64,000 bases of DNA, taken from positions 78,306 through 142,305 of the forward strand of contig DATY01000029.1 of assembly GCA_002504905.1 (NCBI GenBank), in the 5' to 3' direction. Below the pieces are notes generated by a model. The model saw only the letters and a program-made list of their open reading frames with translations, was not told where the DNA came from and did not search any database. The position numbers and the translations under genes are program-made. Below, piece by piece: positions 39,847 to 48,934 of this stretch (its first letter is position 1; every line of letters begins with the position of its first letter). The DNA comes from Euryarchaeota archaeon UBA605 (lineage in GTDB: Archaea; Thermoplasmatota; Poseidoniia; Poseidoniales; Thalassarchaeaceae).

Positions 39847-39921
39847 GGTGGGCCCGGCAGGAATTGAACCTGCGATCTTCGCTTTGTAAGAGCAACGTCA
39901 TAACCCCTAGACCACGGGCCC
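39847..39921 (-). tRNA. tRNA-Val (anticodon TAC), CCA encoded
   Basis: GGGCCCGTGGTCTAGGGGTTATGACGTTGCTCTTACAAAGCGAAGATCGCAGGTTCAATTCCTGCCGGGCCCACCA. Confidence 0.85.
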
Positions 39922-39989
39922 CACGAGAGACTCGGGTAGCGTCGCATTCAAATCATTGGTGGTCAAAGCATCTGTTAGAGAGTGCTTGT

Positions 39990-40982
39990 TTGAAGGATAT
40001 TGAGGAACTTATAATTAGATTGGGAGAAAATGGTTTTCCAATGGATGAAAGTCTTAAATTTGCATTTAAAAACGCTAATATTGACTATTTCATTAAATCA
40101 GGAAATAACCGATTTTATTCGGATAATCCGGTTGAATTCATGAAAACTAGTAAAGGAGTTACAAAAAATATTTCTGCACCGCATATGTTAGTAACTTTAT
40201 TACATCATTTAGAAATAAAAAAGGGACAAAAAGTTCTATTGGTTGGATCAAAAGGGGGCTATCTAGCAGCTATTCTAGATTATCTTCTCGGAGAAGAAGG
40301 AATTATTACATTGATAGAGCCACATGATGAAGTTCTTGAACATACAAGAAGAGTTTTAGAAAACTACCAAACAAGAGGAATTATTCGTGTTCTTTCAATA
40401 ATAGATTTTGAGTTCTACGATGAATCTGCAAAAGAATTTGATAGAATTTTGATAACTGGAGCTGTTAGAGAAATTCCTGATTTTCTTAGTTTGAATTATC
40501 AAGAAGGATCTTTTATCTTAGGCCCATTCGGAAGTAATATTCAACAAAGACTTCTGAAAAAAGAAAAACAATCGGGAGAATGGTTAGATACAGACTTAGG
40601 CGGAGTAGTATTTTCCCCTATGGATACGAGAATTTCAGAACGGAATCCATTGGACCCTATTGTTCTAGCTGAAGGCCTTGAAGATTCATTTAGTTTAATA
40701 TGCGAAATAATAGAAGTTGATGAAGAAATTTTACAAGGAATTGAACAATTAATTCAATCACTGAGAGAATTACCAAGAGATATTCCGTCTATCGGAGAAC
40801 ATTCATCTGATGAAGAAATCATGGAAAATCCAGTTATGGACTTAATGATGTCAGAGATGGAAAGACTTGCACCCATTTGGCCAATAATTGAACACTTTAT
40901 GTCAATAGAATTAGTTAATATCTTCAACTCAGAAGATGAATCATCATTCATTACCGGAGGGCATGAAGACCTTGTTCCTTGA
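39990..40982 (+). CDS. pcm: protein-L-isoaspartate O-methyltransferase with ~120-aa acidic C-terminal extension
   Basis: ISAPHMLVTLLHHLEIKKGQKVLLVGSKGGYLAAIL. The ORF-track start (39864) lies inside tRNA-Val; TTG at 39990 places ISAPHM at the expected distance from the N-terminus. Confidence 0.7.
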   Translation: MKDIEELIIRLGENGFPMDESLKFAFKNANIDYFIKSGNNRFYSDNPVEFMKTSKGVTKNISAPHMLVTLLHHLEIKKGQKVLLVGSKGGYLAAILDYLLGEEGIITLIEPHDEVLEHTRRVLENYQTRGIIRVLSIIDFEFYDESAKEFDRILITGAVREIPDFLSLNYQEGSFILGPFGSNIQQRLLKKEKQSGEWLDTDLGGVVFSPMDTRISERNPLDPIVLAEGLEDSFSLICEIIEVDEEILQGIEQLIQSLRELPRDIPSIGEHSSDEEIMENPVMDLMMSEMERLAPIWPIIEHFMSIELVNIFNSEDESSFITGGHEDLVP

Positions 40983-42034
40983 ATAGGAGTATTCTTGCAC
41001 TAATGGCTAGTGGCGGTATTGTGCTTAAAGCGACTATACGCCAGTTGAACAATAAAGATGTTCGATTAAGGAGAAGAGCTGTAAGGAAGCTGTTTGAACT
41101 AGATGACCCTGTTGCAATTGATGCTTTCGTGCCATTACTGAATGATGAAGATGAATGGTTTAGGGGAAAGGCACTAATCGCGATACAAAGATGGGCCTCA
41201 ATGAAAGACCTTGATTTAGCAGAAAGACTTTCTAATTCAGATAAACCTGAAGAAAGGATATTGGCTTGTAGAATTGCGCCCGTTGTGGGGAAATCAAGCG
41301 AGAGGATTTTAACAAGAATGTTAGATGATGAGAATAATCTAGTTAAACAGAATGCTTGGAAAAATATACTAGAAATAAATGAAGATTTTATTGAAGGTGC
41401 ATTGGAAAATAACGATGTAGGAATACGATCATTGGCAATTGAGAGAATACAATCAATGGATGAAGTAGATAATGATACTCTGAAAAAAATTCTCAGTGAC
41501 GATTCGAGTAGAATAAGGAAAAAGGCAATTAATCTTCTGAAATCTAAACCTGAAAAGTATTCTTCGGGAGAATTTGATGAAATTATAATAAAAATTGCAG
41601 AAAATGATGATAGAATTCAAGTTGATGCTCTAATAATGCTAATTGAATCGGGTAAAGAAAACGAATTGTTCAGTCGAAAAATACCTATTTGGCTGGAAAA
41701 TGAAGACCCAATGATGATTAAATTGATTGCAGAGACAATAGAACAAAAAGATTGGTTAGAAATTAATTGGCTTATAAAAAAGATAATCAAATCATCTAAT
41801 GATAAACTAATTTCTAGAGTACTAAGAAGGAAAAAATCGGTTGAGGCAGATGAAATTCGTAAAGAGATTCTACTAGATGAAACGAGAGATGCCGTAATAA
41901 GGTCTAGAATAATAGAAGATTTATTTGGTAAAAAACATAATGAAGAAATTACAAAGATAATATTTGATTTGGAGAATAATAATCAAAAATCTATTTCAGA
42001 AACTGCAAAAATGTATAGAGAAAGCATCTCATGA
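40979..42034 (+). CDS. HEAT/PBS-lyase-like repeat protein
   Basis: Repeated ~30-aa units with DEDxxVRxxA patterns; start overlaps the pcm stop (ATGA). Confidence 0.5.
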   Translation: MNRSILALMASGGIVLKATIRQLNNKDVRLRRRAVRKLFELDDPVAIDAFVPLLNDEDEWFRGKALIAIQRWASMKDLDLAERLSNSDKPEERILACRIAPVVGKSSERILTRMLDDENNLVKQNAWKNILEINEDFIEGALENNDVGIRSLAIERIQSMDEVDNDTLKKILSDDSSRIRKKAINLLKSKPEKYSSGEFDEIIIKIAENDDRIQVDALIMLIESGKENELFSRKIPIWLENEDPMMIKLIAETIEQKDWLEINWLIKKIIKSSNDKLISRVLRRKKSVEADEIRKEILLDETRDAVIRSRIIEDLFGKKHNEEITKIIFDLENNNQKSISETAKMYRESIS

Positions 42035-42040
42035 TTTCTT

Positions 42041-42448
42041 CTAAACAGCTGGCAACATTAATCTTGAAAGTGGAACAGCTATAGGAGGAAGGTGATCAGA
42101 TAGGCGATGTCTGCTGGTTTTAGGGGAGAATAATGGCCCAAATAATGCTGCATTGATTACTTCTTGTTTGGTAACTGAATCGCGACCACAATTAGGCCAA
42201 ACATCTAACTCAATTAAGTCATCTTCAAGATAATTGATGAAAACACAAGGTACGCAACTCAGTCCTAATCTCTTTGCTACATGATATCGATGATGTCCAT
42301 CTAAGATAGTTCCTGAAGATTTATCAATTAACAATGGCTTTGTATAAGCATTCCACCTATGAGTCATTTTTTCTAGTTGATCAACTTTTTTTGGCAATAT
42401 TTCTTCATGTGGTCTGAGAATCTCTAAAGGGACTAGCTCGACCTTCAT
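42041..42448 (-). CDS. ParB/sulfiredoxin-fold nuclease-domain protein
   Basis: ILDGHHRYHVAKRLG motif. Confidence 0.5.
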   Translation of the reverse strand: MKVELVPLEILRPHEEILPKKVDQLEKMTHRWNAYTKPLLIDKSSGTILDGHHRYHVAKRLGLSCVPCVFINYLEDDLIELDVWPNCGRDSVTKQEVINAALFGPLFSPKTSRHRLSDHLPPIAVPLSRLMLPAV

Positions 42449-42521
42449 GAAGGTCCGAGAAGGATATTGTTGTTAGTTTTGGTGCCGAAGATATGATGTT
42501 TAGTTGTACTAACGCAGATAC

Positions 42522-43748
42522 ATGGTTGACACTGAGCTGTACCTCTCTCCAGAGGATAATTTAGTCTTAGATCGACTTAGAGAAAACGGTGAAGCTTGGA
42601 TCGTTGGAGGATGGGTTAGAGAAACTTTACTAATGACTGAATCAAAATCTGACCTTGATATTGCTACAACACTTTTACCTAAAGAAGTGATAGAAATATT
42701 TCCAAGAACTATTCCAGTAGGTGAAGAATATGGAACAGTTATTGTTAGATTAGATGGAGAATCAGAGAAACAATGGGAAGTAACAACTCTACGGAAAGAC
42801 GGAAGTTATGGAGATGGTAGGAGACCTGATAATGTTTCATTTGGAACAAATATTATTGATGATTTAGCTCGACGTGATTTCACAATAAATGCTATGGCAA
42901 TAGGAATTGATAACGAGTTAATTGACATTTTTGGCGGGAAAAATGACCTAGAACACAACATTGTTAGAGCAGTTGGTAATGCGAATAAGAGAATAGCAGA
43001 AGACGGCCTTAGAATATTACGTGCTTTCAGATTCTTAGATTTGGGAGGGGATAATCTTAGAGTTCTAGATTCAGAACTAGAGTTAGCGATTAAAGAAAAT
43101 ATTGAGATGTTAGAAAAAGTATCAAAAGAAAGAATAACTGAAGAAATTAGGAAAATATTGTCTGGAAAAAACTCATATGGAATATTATTAAAAATGAAAG
43201 AATTAGGTGTTCTGAATTATATTTTGAATGACCTGTCTGCAGAGATAGAAGATTTAGGCGAGGCAAGCTCAATGGTTATCCTTGCAAGATTTTTAAGAAA
43301 CAATGAATGTAACGGAGAACAATTAACTGAAATTTTAAAACAACGATTAATTTTGACAAAAAAAGAAATCGGACAAATCTCTTTCTTACATGAAAATAGA
43401 AATTTAAAATTTGATTACAGTTTAGAAAGTATTAGAAGATTTCAGGTATTACTTTCAAAAGAACAAAAAATATCAATTTTACAATATCATAATGATGAAA
43501 AATTTATTGAGAAATACAAAAATCTGGGAAATGGAGAAGAAATTATGCAACCTATTCTTAATGGAACAAAAATTTCTGAAATTACTGGAATAAAACCTAG
43601 TAGGAAACTTGGTCTACTAAAAGAATGGTTATTTAGAATTCAAATTGAGCAAAATATCCAGAAAGAGGAAAAAATTATACAAATCCTAGATGAAATTAAC
43701 TGGAATGATTCAGATCCGGAATCTTGGCCAAGATTATCATGGCCTTGA
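42522..43748 (+). CDS. class II (bacterial/eukaryotic-type) tRNA nucleotidyltransferase / poly(A) polymerase family protein
   Basis: WIVGGWVRETLL..DLDIAT (GGxVRD...DxD) and RRDFTINAMA head-domain motifs. Confidence 0.7.
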   Translation: MVDTELYLSPEDNLVLDRLRENGEAWIVGGWVRETLLMTESKSDLDIATTLLPKEVIEIFPRTIPVGEEYGTVIVRLDGESEKQWEVTTLRKDGSYGDGRRPDNVSFGTNIIDDLARRDFTINAMAIGIDNELIDIFGGKNDLEHNIVRAVGNANKRIAEDGLRILRAFRFLDLGGDNLRVLDSELELAIKENIEMLEKVSKERITEEIRKILSGKNSYGILLKMKELGVLNYILNDLSAEIEDLGEASSMVILARFLRNNECNGEQLTEILKQRLILTKKEIGQISFLHENRNLKFDYSLESIRRFQVLLSKEQKISILQYHNDEKFIEKYKNLGNGEEIMQPILNGTKISEITGIKPSRKLGLLKEWLFRIQIEQNIQKEEKIIQILDEINWNDSDPESWPRLSWP

Positions 43749-44288
43749 TCAAAGTTCATTTAGATACTCTATGTATTCATTTTCATCTAAATATTGATCA
43801 GCATCATAGTCGAATGGTTGTACAATTACACACCATCCATCAGCATATGCATCATCATTAACAAGATCTGGGTTATCCTCAACATCACCGTTTAAAGATA
43901 CTATTTTACATGAAAATGGAGCATTAATCAGTAATTTTTCATATTCTGTAGTGACGGTAATCAGTAAATCATCCAGGCCTAATTCGTCTCCACTAGTCAT
44001 TGGAGTTGGTGCATCATCATCCTGTGATACTTCTCCATCATCATCATCTGAGTCCTCCATTTTAAATTCAGAATCATCTTCAGGTTTAGTTAGAATTACT
44101 CTAATTATATCCCCATGTTCTGCTCTGATGAATTCGCTCAAGCCTATCTTTACCTGAGAGTCATCCTTCTTTTCGTCTAATACTTGTAACCATAAATGTT
44201 CCAAAGTATATTTACGTCCTTGTGCCACACTAAATTCGACATAATCGCTATCAGCCATACCAATTCTCGACCTGCGCCCATCTGACAA
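43749..44288 (-). CDS. gcvH: glycine-cleavage H-protein-like lipoyl carrier with ~35-aa acidic insertion
   Basis: YTLEHLWLQV, VKIGLSEF..GDIIRV, TEYEKLLINAPFSCKIVSLNGDVEDNPDLVNDDAYADGW align with E. coli GcvH including the lipoyl-Lys position. Confidence 0.6.
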   Translation of the reverse strand: MSDGRRSRIGMADSDYVEFSVAQGRKYTLEHLWLQVLDEKKDDSQVKIGLSEFIRAEHGDIIRVILTKPEDDSEFKMEDSDDDDGEVSQDDDAPTPMTSGDELGLDDLLITVTTEYEKLLINAPFSCKIVSLNGDVEDNPDLVNDDAYADGWCVIVQPFDYDADQYLDENEYIEYLNEL

Positions 44289-44378
44289 CCGTTTTGAATT
44301 GTTCGATTGGAGAAGTTGTTACATTTGCCATTACGAGACATTAACAATACCTTTCTCTTCGGACACTCTGGTGAGATA

Positions 44379-45551
44379 ATGGAGTTCATGGAAACAGAAG
44401 AACAAAGTATGATTCGAGAGATGGTTCGTAGCTTTGCTGAAGAGGTCTTAGCGCCTACTTGTTTAGATAGAGACAGGAATGCTGCACCACCGTTAGATGA
44501 ATGGCAAAAATTTTGTGAATATGGCTTACAGGGCATCACAATTCCTGAAAAATATGGAGGTAGTCCTGTTGATGATATTTCTGAGTCAATAATTATCGAA
44601 GAGCTTGCAAGAGTTGATCCGTCATTTGCAGTAATGTACTGTGTTCATGTAGGACTATGTGCAAAAACAATTGAAATTCATGGAAATGAGGTACAGAAAG
44701 AAAAATATCTAACTAGACTTGCTGGAAACGAAATTGGAGCATATTCACTTTCTGAGGCAGGTGCGGGAACAGATGCAGCTGCAATGGTTTGTAAAGCTAA
44801 AAAGACAGATGACGGTAAACATTTTATCATTAATGGAGAAAAAATGTGGGTTACAAATGGTAAGAGTGCAGATATTTACGTATTATTCGCTAAAGATGTA
44901 GATCATCCCGATTTCGGTGTTAAAAAGCATGGAGGGACTACTGCTTTTATCGTCGATTCATCGATGGAAGGATTTAGTGTTGGTAAAAAAGAAGAGAAAT
45001 TAGGGATTCGATCTTCTGATACGTGTGTATTACTTCTTGAAAATTGCAAAGTTCCTATTGAGAATGTTTTGAAAGGAGTTGGAGAAGGATTTCCTATTGC
45101 AATGAATGCACTTGACAATTCGAGAATTGGAATAGCTGCTCAAGCATTAGGAATTGCACAAGGTGCATTTGAGTCAGCACTGAATTATTCCCATGAAAGA
45201 CAAGCATTTGGTAAACCAATTGCACATCACCAAAGTATTGGAAATTATCTTGCGGATATGGCAACACAAATTGAAGCAGCTAGAATGATGGTTTACAAAG
45301 CATCTTGGGCTAAACAGAGACACTATGAGAATGGAGGACATAGACATACGAAGGAAGCCAGTATGGCTAAACTATTCGCAGGAGATACAGCAATGTGGGT
45401 ATCTGAGAGAGCCGTACAAGTACTTGGAGGATATGGCTATACTACTGATTTCCCTGTTGAAAGATTTTTCAGAGATGCGAAAATCACTCAGATTTATGAA
45501 GGAACTCAGGAAGTCCAAAGAATTGTCATAAATAGAGCAATTAAACCTTAA
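44379..45551 (+). CDS. acyl-CoA dehydrogenase
   Basis: ACAD N-terminal, middle and C-terminal domain motifs (YGGSPVD, WVTNG, ...GGYGYTTDFPVERFFRDAKITQIYEGT); start set at MEFMETEEQ with GGTGAG SD. Confidence 0.8.
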   Translation: MEFMETEEQSMIREMVRSFAEEVLAPTCLDRDRNAAPPLDEWQKFCEYGLQGITIPEKYGGSPVDDISESIIIEELARVDPSFAVMYCVHVGLCAKTIEIHGNEVQKEKYLTRLAGNEIGAYSLSEAGAGTDAAAMVCKAKKTDDGKHFIINGEKMWVTNGKSADIYVLFAKDVDHPDFGVKKHGGTTAFIVDSSMEGFSVGKKEEKLGIRSSDTCVLLLENCKVPIENVLKGVGEGFPIAMNALDNSRIGIAAQALGIAQGAFESALNYSHERQAFGKPIAHHQSIGNYLADMATQIEAARMMVYKASWAKQRHYENGGHRHTKEASMAKLFAGDTAMWVSERAVQVLGGYGYTTDFPVERFFRDAKITQIYEGTQEVQRIVINRAIKP

Positions 45552-47105
45552 TTATTCAACCCATGAATATTTTCTTTGACCTTCTAGAACATCATCCCCG
45601 CCCACAGAAACTAAGGCAAATTCATTTTTTGGAGATAAAATTGATTTTTTCGCAGTGCCTCTATGCAGTGATTCATAAATTTCTTTATCGATAGGATGTC
45701 GTTCATCAAGTCTGTTAAATAAATTGAATCTTGCTGCAATTTGTTTCCATTCTGGTTGTAAAATTCCTTCAAAGACTTTTGCTTTAGCACCCGATCCATA
45801 ACCACACAGACCTATTCTTTCACCGATCATTTTTTCATTATCCAAATGATCTGACTCAATTGTAGACATTAAAGCTAGAAAAATCGAACCTGTATATTGA
45901 TTTCCAACAAGGCTAGATGCCCTTTGTGCTTTCTCAATTCTAGCATCAACAAAATCCTTAAACATCGAAGTTTTAGAAATTAATCGGCGATATTGATCGT
46001 TGGCTTTCTCAAACTCTTCATATCCTTCCGCAGAATCTTCAAAATCTCCTGGAAGAGGTTCGTCTCCAATTTCTTCAATAATTTCATTCCATAAAGGTAG
46101 ATTTCTTCTATCATGTCTAAAAACATCTGGAAACATTCTTTTTCCTTGAAATGCATAAGGTAGATGAACAATTATTCTCTTCCACTGTTCGGTCAAAATA
46201 TCATCTTCATCAGGATTATACCGGCCAGACCTAATTGCTTCAATTCTAAAATTTATGAATGCTTGTTTAACAGATTCTGAATAACAACGATTAGAAAACT
46301 GACCATCGAAAACAGGAGTATCTTTATGAATCTTCAAAGTTTTAGACTCAAAAAGAATATTATCTTTAAGTGTCGAAAAAGGTAATACGTCAAGTATTTT
46401 CTCCACTAGTCCTGACTTTCTAGGTTTTTCACCAGCTTCTTCAGCCAGATCTAGGACGTTCTCTACCACCGTTTTCATATCTACTTCTCTCCTAGGTTTG
46501 AAAAAGTCATGAACAGGCATTGTTGAAACCCCCCAATTATCTGGAATTACAATTAATCTAGGATTATGTCGTATTAGTATCGCTCCCCCTCCAGCGCCTT
46601 GAGTATATTCTCCAGATGACTCAAGATCATATTTTGCATTATCTGCGAAAACAACTATTCCAATTCTATCTTGAGATTCTCCTCCTCTTGCAACCCAATC
46701 TAGTGTATTGTGCATTGCATCTACAGCCCCTATACAAGCAAATGTCAAATCTACAACATCACAATGCCTAAAACAATCTTCTCCAAATTGTTCTTGATAT
46801 CTTTGTTCTAACATATCCATAATGTAAGTTGCAGTAGGTTTAGCGCCATCAAGTGCTGATTCAGTACCGAGATAGATTCTACCAATATTATTAGGATCGA
46901 GATTATTTCGATCTATTAATCTAGCACAGGCATTAGCACCCATAGTAGCTGTATCTTCATGCACGTCTGGAATTGCCATTGCTTTCAATCCAAGACCTCG
47001 ATTTAGTTTTCCAAAATCAGCACCACGAAACTCAGCAAAATCTTCCATATCAAAATATAGTTTAGGAAAATGTATGGATATATCGTCAATTCCTACCTCT
47101 GTCAT
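45552..47105 (-). CDS. hydroxymethylglutaryl-CoA synthase, long (eukaryote-like) form
   Basis: VGIDDISIHFPKLYFD, LGTESALDGAKPTATYIMDML, the catalytic Cys region and GYGSGAKA. The alternative ORF-track start at 47195 overlaps the tyrS stop (ATGA). Confidence 0.7.
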   Translation of the reverse strand: MTEVGIDDISIHFPKLYFDMEDFAEFRGADFGKLNRGLGLKAMAIPDVHEDTATMGANACARLIDRNNLDPNNIGRIYLGTESALDGAKPTATYIMDMLEQRYQEQFGEDCFRHCDVVDLTFACIGAVDAMHNTLDWVARGGESQDRIGIVVFADNAKYDLESSGEYTQGAGGGAILIRHNPRLIVIPDNWGVSTMPVHDFFKPRREVDMKTVVENVLDLAEEAGEKPRKSGLVEKILDVLPFSTLKDNILFESKTLKIHKDTPVFDGQFSNRCYSESVKQAFINFRIEAIRSGRYNPDEDDILTEQWKRIIVHLPYAFQGKRMFPDVFRHDRRNLPLWNEIIEEIGDEPLPGDFEDSAEGYEEFEKANDQYRRLISKTSMFKDFVDARIEKAQRASSLVGNQYTGSIFLALMSTIESDHLDNEKMIGERIGLCGYGSGAKAKVFEGILQPEWKQIAARFNLFNRLDERHPIDKEIYESLHRGTAKKSILSPKNEFALVSVGGDDVLEGQRKYSWVE

Positions 47106-47191
47106 AGCAATCCTTCCGAGTCTCGCGCAAAGCAATGGGGTTATGATATCTACTATAGAATTAGGTTTAACCTGCCGATAATTAAAACGCA

Positions 47192-48307
47192 TCACTGCGA
47201 GCCGGTGATTTTATTCATATTATCTAATAAATCATTATTATCTGAAAAATGCTCAGAAATCGGCTTTAATACATCTGCTAATCCTTTGGCCACAGCCATT
47301 TTAGCATCAAAAGGGTGTACATTTCCTTCGTTAATTGCTGAAATAAGTGAATCGGTACTTTCCCAAGACGAAGGTTGGCCGAATTCAGGTTTAGGTTCAA
47401 TATTTAATCTACCAATTCTTGGTATTATTATGTATCTAATAATTTCATAAACAGCAGAATTATCATTACCTATTTCGAGGAATGCTTTACGTAACTTTTT
47501 CTCTAATTTTTTAGGAGTATCATGCAATAGAATCGCATTATTTGGGTCAGATTTAGACATTTTATGATCATATGAATCCATTCTACCACTAGCACCCTTA
47601 AGACCGGATAACATTGGAGTGTGTATACAAGTAGCTTTAGTCCATTTATTCCTATCTGCAACTTCCCTCATGTACATGTGAGCTTTTCGCTGATCCATTC
47701 CTCCAAGTGCTATATCAATTTCTAACTCAAAAATATCCGCAGATTGTAAAGCAGGATAGAAAAACGCTGATAAATCGTGATCTGATGAATCTTCATCCCG
47801 ACCCATGATACTGAATGTTCTCCTAACTCGAGATAAACTCATATTTTTTGAGCATCTCAATACTCTTTCCCAATATTTCCCAGAATCCATTATTTCAGAT
47901 GCTCGAATAAATCTTAATTGACCCGGACCATTTCCTTCTTCTGGAAAATTAAGTAAAACTCTGAAAACTTCAGACATATAATCAGCCGCTAGAGATATTT
48001 TCTCCATATCTCTTGAAAACTTATCATTTACCCATGCATGCCAATCAGCTAGTAAAACTGTAACGTTTACTTTCTCCGCAAGTAAATTTTCCATTGTTTC
48101 TGCTAAAACCATCCACCCAAGATGAGCTTTTCCACTTGGTTCTAAACCGATATATGCATTAATCTGATTATTGCCTGAATGACTTTTGCCTCCAGAAATA
48201 ATATTTTCAACATGTTCAATACCAATGATTTCTTCACAATTACTGAACATTCTGTTAATTCTTGAACGATCTTTATCATTAAGATTTGATAAAGGTTCTG
48301 AACTCAT
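47192..48307 (-). CDS. tyrS: tyrosine--tRNA ligase (archaeal type)
   Basis: YIGLEPSGKAHLG (HIGH-like) and KMSKS; alignment to M. jannaschii TyrRS recalled from memory. Confidence 0.8.
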   Translation of the reverse strand: MSSEPLSNLNDKDRSRINRMFSNCEEIIGIEHVENIISGGKSHSGNNQINAYIGLEPSGKAHLGWMVLAETMENLLAEKVNVTVLLADWHAWVNDKFSRDMEKISLAADYMSEVFRVLLNFPEEGNGPGQLRFIRASEIMDSGKYWERVLRCSKNMSLSRVRRTFSIMGRDEDSSDHDLSAFFYPALQSADIFELEIDIALGGMDQRKAHMYMREVADRNKWTKATCIHTPMLSGLKGASGRMDSYDHKMSKSDPNNAILLHDTPKKLEKKLRKAFLEIGNDNSAVYEIIRYIIIPRIGRLNIEPKPEFGQPSSWESTDSLISAINEGNVHPFDAKMAVAKGLADVLKPISEHFSDNNDLLDNMNKITGSQ

Positions 48308-48319
48308 TTAATCACCAAA

Positions 48320-48865
48320 TTATTTGAATAATTTATCTAATTTTTCACCGCGACCCGCTGCTCTAGTATTTTCACCTTCTTCCAAGGCTGCTTCAATCTC
48401 AGCAATCAATGCCTCTGCTTGAGATTTTTTCTCATCCGAAACATTACTTGACATCTTCATGAAATGTCTTGCTGAACTAACTGCGGATTTAGCCTTAGAA
48501 GCTTTTTTTGCCCATTCCTTTGCTTTATCACCGCGTTGCTTCGAATTATATCCAGTTGCCTCATCAAGAAATTGCGTCCATCTTTTACGGCTATCCTGTG
48601 CAATTTTCATGGCTTCTGGATCATCAAAATTAGGAGGTACATTCTTCACATCAATTACTAAAGCACCAGTTTCTGAAAAACTTCCCTCTATTGAAGTCAT
48701 AATATCATGAGAACCAGAAAAAGAGCCATCATCATTAGCCTCCACTTTCTCAAAATATTTACCAGCCAATACTGCTAAACCACCATCTGCATTAATTTGT
48801 TTCATCAATCCTCGCTTAACGTCGAATCTCTCCATAAGCCTAGCGCGAAGTAATTGCTTATTCAA
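48320..48865 (-). CDS. hypothetical protein with Lys/Ala-rich C-terminal tail
   Basis: No motif recognised. Confidence 0.4.
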   Translation of the reverse strand: MNKQLLRARLMERFDVKRGLMKQINADGGLAVLAGKYFEKVEANDDGSFSGSHDIMTSIEGSFSETGALVIDVKNVPPNFDDPEAMKIAQDSRKRWTQFLDEATGYNSKQRGDKAKEWAKKASKAKSAVSSARHFMKMSSNVSDEKKSQAEALIAEIEAALEEGENTRAAGRGEKLDKLFK

Positions 48866-48934
48866 TACTACGAGAGAAAGATAACCACAGATGACAATAA
48901 ACAGGCCTAAACCTACATCCGTTTTCGCAAGACT

